Assembly: GCA_052168235.1 (NCBI GenBank)
Contig: JBQLZK010000009.1
Span: 1-64,000 of the forward strand
DNA length: 64,000 nucleotides
Origin: Thainema sp.
GTDB lineage: Bacteria; Cyanobacteriota; Cyanobacteriia; Phormidesmidales; Phormidesmidaceae
Direction: 5' to 3'
Below, one piece after another: positions 39,789 to 49,838 of this stretch; the stretch's first letter is position 1, and every line of letters begins with the position of its first letter. The translations under genes were made by a program, and so were the position numbers. The notes beneath the pieces are model-generated. The model was given only the letters and a program-made list of their open reading frames with translations. It made no database searches and was not told where the DNA came from.

Positions 39789-42700
39789 CTATGTGCCCAC
39801 TTCAGTCCGGCTACAGGTTGCAAGAGGCAGCTCTCGCCGGAGTATCGGGCATGACTCAATTGGGTGCTTGTCATGCCGGAAGGCTTCGTCAACGCACTCT
39901 CTCCGAAATATCTGACCAAACTGCACCCGGTCACCTATCTGCCAGCTCCGAGAATCGGGTGTAAAACAAGAATATAGAGCCTCAGGACTCTCCGTGTCCA
40001 TGATCTCTTGATTAGAAATTGGATCTCTAATAGAAATTGTGGACACCGATGCGGATAGCTTTTTTCTAACGGCCTGCAACAGCTTGAGGCGAAGAGGATT
40101 CTCCAAATCAGGAAGAGCATAACGGCGAGCCCGTTTTTGATCGCGACGGCCAGGACGACTAATCGCAACCACCTTTAGTCCTAAGCGCTTCACCAGTTTG
40201 TTGGCAATTTGGCAGGGTGTCTGCTCGGGGTTGATCGTGAGATTTAACCAATAACGCACTTCATGGATGAATCGAAGGGCCACCTGCTTGATGGCAATTG
40301 CTCGTTTGTCGTGATTTGTCCACGGCTTACCATCGAGCAGGTTGAGTACGCCCAATTTGGCAATGATGGCAGCTTTGACATAGCGTCTGGGCAGCTGGTG
40401 TGGAGCCCGAATCGAGCTAGCGAGAATGGTCTCCATGATTCCGCGATCGCAGTTCTTGACCGCCTCTAGATTCTCAGCCTGAGCCTGGAGCAAAACACCC
40501 CGACGCAGTGCCCCATAGTCGTTACACAACACCTCGTAGCATTCATCTACATCATTGAAGTCGATACCCGGAAATTCCGAACGGCACAGCACTTTATACG
40601 CAATCAGGCGAATCTCCCGGCTACTCTCCATGCCGTTTAGAGTGCGGTGCGCCCAGTCTGGAGTATGCCCCGCTTGCGGCTCAGCCTCAGCAATCTCAAG
40701 CGCCTCCTCGAACCAAATTTGCTTCTGTGTAGCATGCCACAGTTGGGCAGTCGCCTTGTGAGCCGAGACGGTCGCGGTCGTTACGCCATGGCCCGCACCG
40801 TCTAGACGATCGATTAAGGCAGCCTGAGCGATCGCTTTTTGGCTTCCACTCACGGTACGGGCCACCGTTAGATAATCAACGATAGCCGACTCCACTCCAG
40901 CGAGTGGATGATCGCGAGTTCCAATATCAAAGAGTCGCGCCAGCGTGATCAGGTTTTGGCTCAGGCGCTGTTTGATCGCGCGGGGACTGCCTAGTGCTTC
41001 CTCACCCGTGCCCGTGATGAAGGGCGGAATAAAAATCTGGCGCGGTACCGCCGGTCGATACCGACCCAGTAGTTGGAGATGGGTATCGGTGCTCAGGGCA
41101 GGGAAATAGGCCCACACTGCATCAAAATAAGCATCCTCAACCGCCACTTGCCCTTCAATGCTGACCCCTGATTTGGCACTCGGCGAGAGAATCAACACCT
41201 CCGGCTGATTGACCTGAAGCCACCGATCTGGGTCTTTGAAAAACAGATTGAAGGTCTCTCCTTCGTTCGTTTCTGAATCGATGCGAGTGGTACGGATGCC
41301 TTGACCCTGCAAAATGCGGTCGAGCCGCTTCGCTTCCCGTTGGGAGCTGGTCACCACCAACAAGCGACTTCCCTGCTCAATCCGATGGAGCAGACGCTGC
41401 CGAAAGCCAGAGGCTTGGCCAGAAAAGACGTGACAGTCCCATGAGATGCCGTGTTTACGGTGTTGGAAACAGCGCACAGCTAGGGATTCACTAATTGTCT
41501 GCCAGAACTGCACAGCCCGATTGGGGAGACCATCTTCGCTGAGAACAATCGCACCTCCCGAGGCGATCGCGTGCTTGGCAACACGGACAATCTGTTCCAG
41601 GATGGCTCCATAGCGGCTGTTGAAGGTATCTCCCTGGCAGATATGCTCGGTCACCTGGTTACCCTCATCGACGATCAAGACAACGGGCTTTGACCAGAAC
41701 CACTCTGGCAGCTTGCCAATGGAGTCAGGACACAACACGAGGCCAGGGCGCTGGCGGGCGGCGTTCCAAAAATCGCGCTGACGTTGACCAGTGGCTCCCT
41801 GATCATGGATATGGAGAATGCCCCAGTCTTGGGCGGTTTGCTGCCCCAGTGCATTCAGTGGTGAGAGCACTAGGACGTGTTTGTCTTCCGTCAGGGCAGT
41901 GTGTACCCAATCGCGCCCGATGCGGTAGGTTTTCCCAGTATTCATGGTGGCATCTACGACATGAATAACGCCTGGTGTCAGTTCGGGCAATGGTGGCAGA
42001 TAGGGGCCTTCAGTGCGTCGTTCAATTGGAAACGTGAGCGCATTGTGTCGGTGGATGGCATTGAGCGCAGCCGCGATCTGTCCGCTGCGTTTGTACTGTT
42101 TGAGCGTGGGAGCTGCGTTCAAAAGTTCATGGAGTCGCTCTGCCCCGGTCAACTGGCGGGCACGGTCTGGAATAGGATAGTCGCTCGGATCTTGATAGTG
42201 TTGATGCGATCGCACTAAGGGGCTAAATCCTTTGGTTACCTCAGAAGGCTGCTCTGACGTTTCAAGATTGAAGGTGTCCAAACTCCCTACGGCTTTCGCT
42301 GCGTTGGTATAGCGGTAGAGAACATCATCAATTCCTTTGCCCTCTTGCGGTTGCCAGATTGGACAGCGAACTTGGCAGCCGTGACGGTCTAGAACCTGAC
42401 CCAGTTGCTTGACCTGCCGGTGTACATTGGCAATCGTTCTGGGCTTGGTGTCTTGATCGAACAGAATGAACAGCCGTCTGCCCTTCGTCGCAAAGCGTTC
42501 AATGGCAGCGTGCAGTTGTAGGCTTCCTTTGACATGCCATTGAGTGATGCCGCGCACCGCGATCGCAGGAATGCCATGAGCAATTAGTGCAAGAGCTTTC
42601 TTGAGTCCTTCTGCGATCGCAACTGGCAGATTATTCTGTTCGACCACAGCCCAAAAATCCTGACCGGGTAAGGGAGTCACATCGTAGCGCTCGTAAATGG

Positions 42701-43118
42701 TGGCTGCCGTGATGTCATCAACACGAGGCACAATCGGCTCAGCTACAGCTCCCGGTGGCGTCTCATACTTGATGGTTTTACCGAGCTTGTGAGGATCGGA
42801 TCGCGGATGGAACGGTTTGGCATACGGGACGCCTTCGCGTGTACACCACATGCCATCCCGCAGTGGTTCATAAATCTTGAGCAGGCGCTGAACTCCGACC
42901 GTGATGTAGCTGGTGACCGTTTGGGACTGAGCGATTTTATCTTCTAGGATCGCTTGAATAGCATCGTCACCGGAGAGGATTTGGACATTAGCGGTTGTCA
43001 GTCGATCTGGAATAGCAGACTGTCGAAAATCTGCTAGCATCCAGTCCTCCAGTGACAGCAATGCTCGATCCGAGTTAGAGCAATAGCAGGCATTGCTCGG
43101 TGTCAATCTCTCGTTCAT
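39789..43118 (-). CDS. DUF3854/CyRepA1-type plasmid replication protein (TOPRIM-like primase plus helicase-like domain)
   Basis: N-terminal IKYETP, IAEGLKKA..L..G, LFDQD and KGIDD; Walker A-like TMNTGKT; VLIVDE. Confidence 0.85.
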   Translation of the reverse strand: MNERLTPSNACYCSNSDRALLSLEDWMLADFRQSAIPDRLTTANVQILSGDDAIQAILEDKIAQSQTVTSYITVGVQRLLKIYEPLRDGMWCTREGVPYAKPFHPRSDPHKLGKTIKYETPPGAVAEPIVPRVDDITAATIYERYDVTPLPGQDFWAVVEQNNLPVAIAEGLKKALALIAHGIPAIAVRGITQWHVKGSLQLHAAIERFATKGRRLFILFDQDTKPRTIANVHRQVKQLGQVLDRHGCQVRCPIWQPQEGKGIDDVLYRYTNAAKAVGSLDTFNLETSEQPSEVTKGFSPLVRSHQHYQDPSDYPIPDRARQLTGAERLHELLNAAPTLKQYKRSGQIAAALNAIHRHNALTFPIERRTEGPYLPPLPELTPGVIHVVDATMNTGKTYRIGRDWVHTALTEDKHVLVLSPLNALGQQTAQDWGILHIHDQGATGQRQRDFWNAARQRPGLVLCPDSIGKLPEWFWSKPVVLIVDEGNQVTEHICQGDTFNSRYGAILEQIVRVAKHAIASGGAIVLSEDGLPNRAVQFWQTISESLAVRCFQHRKHGISWDCHVFSGQASGFRQRLLHRIEQGSRLLVVTSSQREAKRLDRILQGQGIRTTRIDSETNEGETFNLFFKDPDRWLQVNQPEVLILSPSAKSGVSIEGQVAVEDAYFDAVWAYFPALSTDTHLQLLGRYRPAVPRQIFIPPFITGTGEEALGSPRAIKQRLSQNLITLARLFDIGTRDHPLAGVESAIVDYLTVARTVSGSQKAIAQAALIDRLDGAGHGVTTATVSAHKATAQLWHATQKQIWFEEALEIAEAEPQAGHTPDWAHRTLNGMESSREIRLIAYKVLCRSEFPGIDFNDVDECYEVLCNDYGALRRGVLLQAQAENLEAVKNCDRGIMETILASSIRAPHQLPRRYVKAAIIAKLGVLNLLDGKPWTNHDKRAIAIKQVALRFIHEVRYWLNLTINPEQTPCQIANKLVKRLGLKVVAISRPGRRDQKRARRYALPDLENPLRLKLLQAVRKKLSASVSTISIRDPISNQEIMDTESPEALYSCFTPDSRSWQIGDRVQFGQIFRRECVDEAFRHDKHPIESCPILRRELPLATCSRTEVGT

Positions 43119-43680
43119 GCTGTTCTATTCCTCTTATGGCACAGCAGGAATAGACCATTTCAGAGCACCATCAACGTTCACCTTTCGAGGCGGGTTGCCA
43201 TTTCTGAAAGGCGTGATAACATAGGCGCAATAGTTCTGTGAGCCATTCAAGATTCTGTTGATCCTGGCCTTGAATGTCCCTTACTGGTCTATTCCGAATA
43301 ATCTGATCCGCTCTAGCGGGCGTTTGGAACTCTGGTTGCTGGCCGCAATCAGAGTTTTTAGCGTTTAAATTGCGTCTCCACCTCTAAGTTGACAATGGCT
43401 CAGGTTTTCGCCCTGATCATACTTCACTTATCGATAAAGATAAAATTTATAGCGAGTATTAAGCTAATGACGATTTTTTATCGTTTATTTATTTAATCTC
43501 GTGTATTCGTTAAAGCTTTGCGCTGTGATCTCGATCAATTGGGACGAATAAGGGACTATAGAAAACACAGGGGTGCATGATGAGGCGTAAGGGCTCTTTG
43601 AGGGTTTGCTTGTGCATCAGCCTGCCATCTCGAATGACGTCGAGACCCCCTTTAGCCCAATGATTGTTAATCGTTTTGCC

Positions 43681-44271
43681 ATGACCAACCCGACTGAGTC
43701 GGATCCAATCCCAGACCCCACATCCGCAGAGGAAACCCGTGTCACCGAACGGCTTCGGATCAAAGATGCGTTTTTTGCCGCTATTGATGAGGCCGACGGC
43801 TATAAGGCCACTCAATTGGCAGAAGCCGCTGGTGTCACGGATGCGACCCTTTCTTTCATGAGGAATCAGGGACGAGATGTCCGGATATCGACCTTTCAAC
43901 GTCTCCTAGATGCCATGCCGACTGATGTCTACCTCCGGTTCTATCGAAATCTGGGGGCGGGTCTTGCTGATAATGCGTTGACAGACCCGGACACACCGCC
44001 CGACCGGATTATTTCAGCGCTCTTACATCTGTGCACGGATCAGCAGTTGATGGCTCTGGTTCAAGAATTAGGCGCACTGTCTAAAGAACGACAAAGCCAA
44101 GGCAGCAAAGTGATATCAATCCTGGTGTTGCTCATGGAACTGATGCAGTATTGCGAACTCGAAGACATCCCTGAACTGATTGGTAAAGTTGGAAAATACA
44201 CGTCCACTGCGATTCATCGCGCGTCGGACACTCGCTCTGAATCGGACACTCGCTCTGAAGCGCAGCCCTGA
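43681..44271 (+). CDS. XRE-type HTH protein divergent from rep
   Basis: YKATQLAEAAGVTDATLSFMRNQGRDVRISTFQRLLDAM. Confidence 0.65.
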   Translation: MTNPTESDPIPDPTSAEETRVTERLRIKDAFFAAIDEADGYKATQLAEAAGVTDATLSFMRNQGRDVRISTFQRLLDAMPTDVYLRFYRNLGAGLADNALTDPDTPPDRIISALLHLCTDQQLMALVQELGALSKERQSQGSKVISILVLLMELMQYCELEDIPELIGKVGKYTSTAIHRASDTRSESDTRSEAQP

Positions 44272-44492
44272 GCCGTTTTATACTGCAACTTGGCGCACTG
44301 AATCTCAATCTATGAGCAACTATCCAGTTGAATGGGGAACATTACTGGGAAAAAACGCTTCTGAATACCTTTGTGTTGTTTGTTGATACGCTCTTATCCA
44401 GAGTAAGAACCGTCTTGTGGCTCTATTGGGTATGACTCGGTGCAAGAGTGATGGTCACTTGCACATCATGCGGAAGGCGAATATCGCAGCCT

Positions 44493-44678
44493 ATGCAATT
44501 CGACGAATCAACATCTGCTGAAGCCGTCAATGATTTACTGCGACGGTTTGATGAGCTAACAGAAGACGAACAAACTGCATTCATTGAAGCGTTGATTCGA
44601 AAAGAAACAATTCAACGCATCATGAATCTTGTCTCAAGGTGCGCAAAAGCCAAAATTGATGAAATTCAGGATTCATGA
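44493..44678 (+). CDS. Small hypothetical protein
   Basis: Acidic, helical-looking ORF downstream of the HTH gene; start uncertain. Confidence 0.4.
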   Translation: MQFDESTSAEAVNDLLRRFDELTEDEQTAFIEALIRKETIQRIMNLVSRCAKAKIDEIQDS

Positions 44679-44938
44679 GGTTGGCTTCAATTCTTGCGAT
44701 CGCAGCACGATACTCATTAGAATCCTCATCTTTGGAACGGTACTTAATTCTTTTGGCTCATGTTCAGACAGTGTGAAATGCAAGTCTAAAGCCACCTAAA
44801 TAAGGTCAAGTTAAAGTCATTTGCACTTTCTTTGAACATGAGCCTCCAGAGTTATGAGGATGTGTGTGGAGTTGAGATCGCGCTTTTCTAGTGAAGGTGT
44901 CGCAACTTGCAAAAGGCGTTAATCCAGGTTGTTGTGCT

Positions 44939-45415
44939 CTATTCACTTAACTGCGTTTCATCCGATTCCTTAAACACAGGATGCTTAATCAGGAATCGTG
45001 GCTCGAAGTAGAGGTAACATTCTGTCCAGCCTTGGCCGGGAATCAGGATTTGAGTCTTGTGTCCACTGCTAACTAAGTTTTTCAGTGAGGCTTGCCCAAA
45101 GCTGTAGGCACTGATGAACTGGTTGAGAGTTTGCTCAAACCAGTCCTTCAGCATGTCGATTTGCACCTTTTTGGGCTGTCCCCGATAAGGCACTTCAATT
45201 ACAGTCCCTTTGGCTAGGAACTCTTCGTCAATCACATCAACTTGCCAGCGTTGGTTACTGGGCAGTCTCGGCACTTCAGTTGCTTCAGTGGATTGTGATT
45301 CCGCTCTGGCCAGCTCGCCTTCGATTGCCCTGCGGCAAATCTCTGACCAGTTCAGATTTGCCTTATTCATCCGTGCCTTCAGTTCTTCGCTGACGTAGAT
45401 ATTGACGCTTGCCAT
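44939..45415 (-). CDS. Ribbon-helix-helix N-terminus fused to a KGK-like C-terminal domain
   Basis: MASVNIYVSEELKARM....NWSEICRRAI (RHH-like); C-terminal QILIPGQGW. Confidence 0.55.
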   Translation of the reverse strand: MASVNIYVSEELKARMNKANLNWSEICRRAIEGELARAESQSTEATEVPRLPSNQRWQVDVIDEEFLAKGTVIEVPYRGQPKKVQIDMLKDWFEQTLNQFISAYSFGQASLKNLVSSGHKTQILIPGQGWTECYLYFEPRFLIKHPVFKESDETQLSE

Positions 45416-46301
45416 TGATGATCTCTTAACTAATGTGCCTACATTTATCAGCATGTGGTTCAAATGCTATATGCGCATACTTGCAAGCATAGGCAGGATC
45501 AAAGCTGCATCGCCATATCTAGGCATCAAGACTTGGTGAAGCTAAGTCTGATTTGTGACCTGATTGTGCGATCGCAAAGTTGCAGCTCGATTTTGCTTAT
45601 TCCTCAAACTTTTCGATAATGTTTTTTGTACAGAGTAGAGAAAAATAATCTAGATCTGGAATGCCCTTGTTGCAAAGCCTCTAGAAATAGCTCATTTTTC
45701 TCTGCCCTATACCAAATATCATTACCTACTTTTCTTTATCAGTTCTTTATATAAAAAACAGATCTGTTTACGCCCACCTTACGTAGTGACGCATAACTTA
45801 AGGTTACAATCGGCACGTTTCCTACTTAGATGGTTGTGTTCAGAATGATCGTCCCTAATAGTTCTGAACGCTTCATAGCATAAACCGCCAGAGATTACAG
45901 GTACAACAAGCTTTTTGATTGTTATGAATATTACTACTGCGCTGCCTAGCGCTGCTTTGGGTGCTCTTGTTTTGGCTACTCCTACAAAGGCGGCTTGTTT
46001 TAAATTTTCATCTATCTTCCAAGCTCAAACAATTTTGACTGGGTTAATTGACGATGAATTAGACCCAGATGGAAACTATTTTTCCGCTGCCTCAATTCCC
46101 TTGACCGCGATCGCAAAGCAACAAGCTGCGAAACGCGACATCGCCTAATTAAATCAGCTGTATTTCATTCAGTCTTTGCATAGCTGTTGATCTGGGTAGG
46201 CCATCCATCAGCGGTCTATCCCGTCGTTGACGGTCGCTTTGCTATGCCCAATTTTGCTCCATTTGTCAGTCCTATTAATTGCGAAGGAAGTTAAGAGCAG
46301 C

Positions 46302-49300
46302 ATGAGTTTTGCACCTACCGACACCTCTGTTTTCACTGTCAACGGATTTCCTCAGCCTGATGCATCACCCTTGAATCCAGCGCTGATGCCATCTGATTTA
46401 TTGAGTCACTCTAGCTCATCCCCTGCTGCTAGTAGCTTAGTTGTCATCGATCCGACTGTTGAAGACGCTGCGTTCCTTGCTAACAGTGTTTCAGGGACTG
46501 ATGTTGTTGTGCTGGATGCTAACCAAGATGGCATTGAGCAAATCACCGCTCTCCTAGCAAACTACGAGCAGCTGTCTAGTCTCCACATTGTGTCGCATGG
46601 TGCTGTGGGACAGCTTCAGCTTGGCTCAACAGTCTTGGGTCTAGATACACTTCCACACTATGCTGAACAGCTCACTCAGTGGCAGGACAAGCTGAGCGAA
46701 GAGGCTGATATTTTGCTCTACGGCTGCGATGTCGCAGATGGCATCGTCGGGCGATCGTTTGTAGGGCAGCTTGGTCAACTGACTGGGGCGGATATCGCCG
46801 CCTCTAACGATCTTACGGGTAATGCCGCTTTGGGTGGTGACTGGGATCTAGAGTGGACAACGGGCGACATCGAAACCAACCTAGCCTTTGATGCAAATAT
46901 TCAGAACACGTATCAAAGCGTCTACAGCACGAGTGGAGGACTGGATGCACTATTGCTCATTGGCACCTCTAGTACAGAGCTAGAGGACTATACTGAGATT
47001 CGATATCGATTAGAGAGCCTGGGTTTTAGCGTTGTACAAAAGCTAGCATCAAGCCTCCAGCTTAGTGACACAACAGGGATGGAGCTAGTTGTTTCCGCTG
47101 CTTTTGGTGGAATTAGCATCTTGGACAATTTAGACCTGCCATTGATCGTGTTTAACGACAGTGTTGCTAAGCAGCTTGACATGGGTATTTGGAGCACTTC
47201 CGCACTTGGAGTCGGAGGCCGTACTCTCACAATTGAATCGACTGAGCCACTATTAACAGCTGGATTGTCGGGAGTGGTTAATATCTATGATCCTTCTGGA
47301 GGCTTGACCTATTTAGAACCCACTAGCAGTGCAATACGAGTCGGAACATTAGCTGAAAGGCCGTATACCACACCTGCGAATGCAACTCCAATCTTTGCTT
47401 ATGAGGAAGGTGCGGCTCTTTATAATGGTGAGTTCGCTCTAGCTCGGCAAGTCTCATTTTTGGGCTATACGCGATGGGTAAGTGATCTATCTAATCAAGG
47501 GTGGCAGCTCTTTGATGCAGCGGTTCAGTGGGCAATTGGGGAGCCAAGTGCTCCGGTTGAGATATCGCTTGCACTGAGCAATGATACAGGGGTCAGCGAT
47601 AGTGATGGTCTTACGGCTGACCCGACCCTTGCTGGACAATTAAGCACAGCCAACAACATCACTTCTTTGCAAGCGCGGATCGGCAATGGGCAGTTTGTTA
47701 GCGTCTTAGATGCTCTACAGTCTGATGGTACGTTCACCCTTGATTTAGAGCAGCTCAGTCACCTCAATGGCGGCGGTTTGGCCTACGGAAATTACACGGT
47801 TGAAGTTCAAGCACAGACTGCGGGTGGGTCAACTGACACCGAACTGATAGACTTCAGCTACGAGTTTCAGCAATCTGTACTTCCCTATAGCAATGGGGCA
47901 TTTGTGCCGCTGGAGCTTGCCGCTGGGCAAACCACATTTCAGTTTGGATTGCCGAACGATATTGCGAATGGGGATCAACTGCTGGTGTATCTCTTAAATG
48001 AGAACGATCCAACCGATACCCTCTTGGCCAATGGAGCTGAAGGTAATCCCCTGTTATCGGGCACTAACACCTACCTGTCCTACGATCCCAGCATTGTTAG
48101 TGTTAATACCGAAACGGTTACGGTTGATGTCTCTTCCCTGACGTCCGCCGAACTTGATTCGGCGATGGTCTACTTTGTAGTGTTCTCAGAATTTGACTCT
48201 CCCTCTGATGATCCGGACTACTACTCCTACGACGGTTATGGATGGGGCAGTGGTTTTGGATGGGGTGGCGGCGGTGGTGGCGGTGGTATCACCGACATTC
48301 AGTTTTCATCTCCGGGTTGGGCCACTACGGGTGATGGCAGTTCTGACCCTGATGATCCCGGCTCTGGCGGCAGTGGTTCAGCTCCAGATCCAGAGCCTCC
48401 AACCCGGCAGTTTTTGACGCAGCTGGGGGGAGATGGCTATTTCATCTCGTATGATTTGCTCGATGAAGACGATACGTTTACTAAACCGACTGAAATCAAG
48501 TTTGGCAACAACGTGCTCACGTTGAACTACTCAGATACGGGCGCATTTATCGGTAGCAGCAATGATGAACTCCTGGATGTGGTGCTCGCTTCGGTTGGAC
48601 TCACGAGTTTAGATATACTGGCGGCTGGAGAGATCCAATCTTCCGAAGCCAAGTCCTTCTTACCTTCGGCACAGACTCTTCAACTTTGGGATGTTTGGTC
48701 ACGTATTGGTGAAATTGCAATTAAACCCAACAAGGATTTTGATGTTTTTGCACAGGAAGAGCAAACAAAGCTTTTCGATTTTCAGGAAGACCTTCTGAAG
48801 AAAGCAAAAGTAATAGACAAATTTCAAGGCTATAAGGAGAATCAAGAGCAACTTCAAGCAATAGTTAAGTTAGGTAATGTTTACGCTGCACTTGATCCTC
48901 AAATCTTTGATACGGTAAATGATAAGCAACTTCAGGATGAGCTTGTTGCTGGCATCTTCCTCCGTACAGATGTTACTCCTGAAGAGGCTAGGGAAGAACT
49001 TTTAAGTTTTTTGAATACAGTCGATAGGAATGACTTTTTTACATCATTTTCTGGCGAGATACTAAGGTATGCTTTAGAGCAAGGTGTAAACCAAGACAAC
49101 CTTATAGCCGTTCATCCTCGGCGACCAACTGGACTACCGACTAGGAATGCACCAACCTTAGTATTTACCTCAGATTCAGAGTTGTCTCAGGCAGTTTTGG
49201 ATAGCGATCAATTTCAAAATGAAATTAAGACTCGGATTGGGTCGGTTTTGGAAGAGTATTCTCAGATATTATCTGACGGAGAAAGCGTAGTCGTTCCAAT

Positions 49301-49652
49301 ATCAGGTGAAGACGTTCCTCTAAATTATAGAGATGGCAGAGAAAAACTACAAACTCCAAGATTATCCGTTTCTTTGGGATTTGCTAATTATGACTTTACA
49401 GCTGACATAATGATAGAAAGGAGAGGACAGACTCTTGTTTTTGAGGCTAGATTTATTGGTTTAGGAGATGACTTTTATGACTTTAATGATCCAGGAACTG
49501 ATAATTTGTTAGATCCGTTTAACAGACTTGCTCGTGTTGCATACATTGCTCAGGAAGGACATACTCTGGCTGTTTTTGAGATTAATTTTGTTTTACAAAC
49601 AACCATAACTGGAGGTTATCCAATACCTTTCTCTCCTCCTGGAGACTTATAA
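46302..49652 (+). CDS. Large DUF4347 / Ig-like protein with a divergent C-terminal (colicin-M-like) domain
   Basis: DUF4347 motifs LHIVSHG, LLYGCDVA and IAASNDLTG...GGDWDLE; Ig-like LSNDTGVSDSDGLT.DPTL; Gly/Asp linker; C-terminal DDFYDFN. Confidence 0.8.
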   Translation: MSFAPTDTSVFTVNGFPQPDASPLNPALMPSDLLSHSSSSPAASSLVVIDPTVEDAAFLANSVSGTDVVVLDANQDGIEQITALLANYEQLSSLHIVSHGAVGQLQLGSTVLGLDTLPHYAEQLTQWQDKLSEEADILLYGCDVADGIVGRSFVGQLGQLTGADIAASNDLTGNAALGGDWDLEWTTGDIETNLAFDANIQNTYQSVYSTSGGLDALLLIGTSSTELEDYTEIRYRLESLGFSVVQKLASSLQLSDTTGMELVVSAAFGGISILDNLDLPLIVFNDSVAKQLDMGIWSTSALGVGGRTLTIESTEPLLTAGLSGVVNIYDPSGGLTYLEPTSSAIRVGTLAERPYTTPANATPIFAYEEGAALYNGEFALARQVSFLGYTRWVSDLSNQGWQLFDAAVQWAIGEPSAPVEISLALSNDTGVSDSDGLTADPTLAGQLSTANNITSLQARIGNGQFVSVLDALQSDGTFTLDLEQLSHLNGGGLAYGNYTVEVQAQTAGGSTDTELIDFSYEFQQSVLPYSNGAFVPLELAAGQTTFQFGLPNDIANGDQLLVYLLNENDPTDTLLANGAEGNPLLSGTNTYLSYDPSIVSVNTETVTVDVSSLTSAELDSAMVYFVVFSEFDSPSDDPDYYSYDGYGWGSGFGWGGGGGGGGITDIQFSSPGWATTGDGSSDPDDPGSGGSGSAPDPEPPTRQFLTQLGGDGYFISYDLLDEDDTFTKPTEIKFGNNVLTLNYSDTGAFIGSSNDELLDVVLASVGLTSLDILAAGEIQSSEAKSFLPSAQTLQLWDVWSRIGEIAIKPNKDFDVFAQEEQTKLFDFQEDLLKKAKVIDKFQGYKENQEQLQAIVKLGNVYAALDPQIFDTVNDKQLQDELVAGIFLRTDVTPEEAREELLSFLNTVDRNDFFTSFSGEILRYALEQGVNQDNLIAVHPRRPTGLPTRNAPTLVFTSDSELSQAVLDSDQFQNEIKTRIGSVLEEYSQILSDGESVVVPISGEDVPLNYRDGREKLQTPRLSVSLGFANYDFTADIMIERRGQTLVFEARFIGLGDDFYDFNDPGTDNLLDPFNRLARVAYIAQEGHTLAVFEINFVLQTTITGGYPIPFSPPGDL

Positions 49653-49685
49653 AGCAACAACAGTTTATCTATTCCTTTTTTATCT

Positions 49686-49808
49686 CAACAGTCCGGATAA
49701 ATTTTCTGCTCAAACGCTGACCTCTTAATTCTTTGTTGAATTAATCGCCATAATATGAGCCAAAACCTGCGTTCTTTTTTCAGTCATTAAAAACTATCCG
49801 GACTGTTG
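49686..49808. mobile_element. 123-bp MITE-like element
   Basis: 14-bp perfect terminal inverted repeats CAACAGTCCGGATA / TATCCGGACTGTTG; no ORF. Confidence 0.6.
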
Positions 49809-49838
49809 TTATATTTGAAAAATATCTGAGTATTCATC

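Noticed and set aside
45915..46148. 77-aa ORF with a signal-peptide-like start
   Set aside because: May be a remnant of an exported protein gene, but too short and motif-poor to call.
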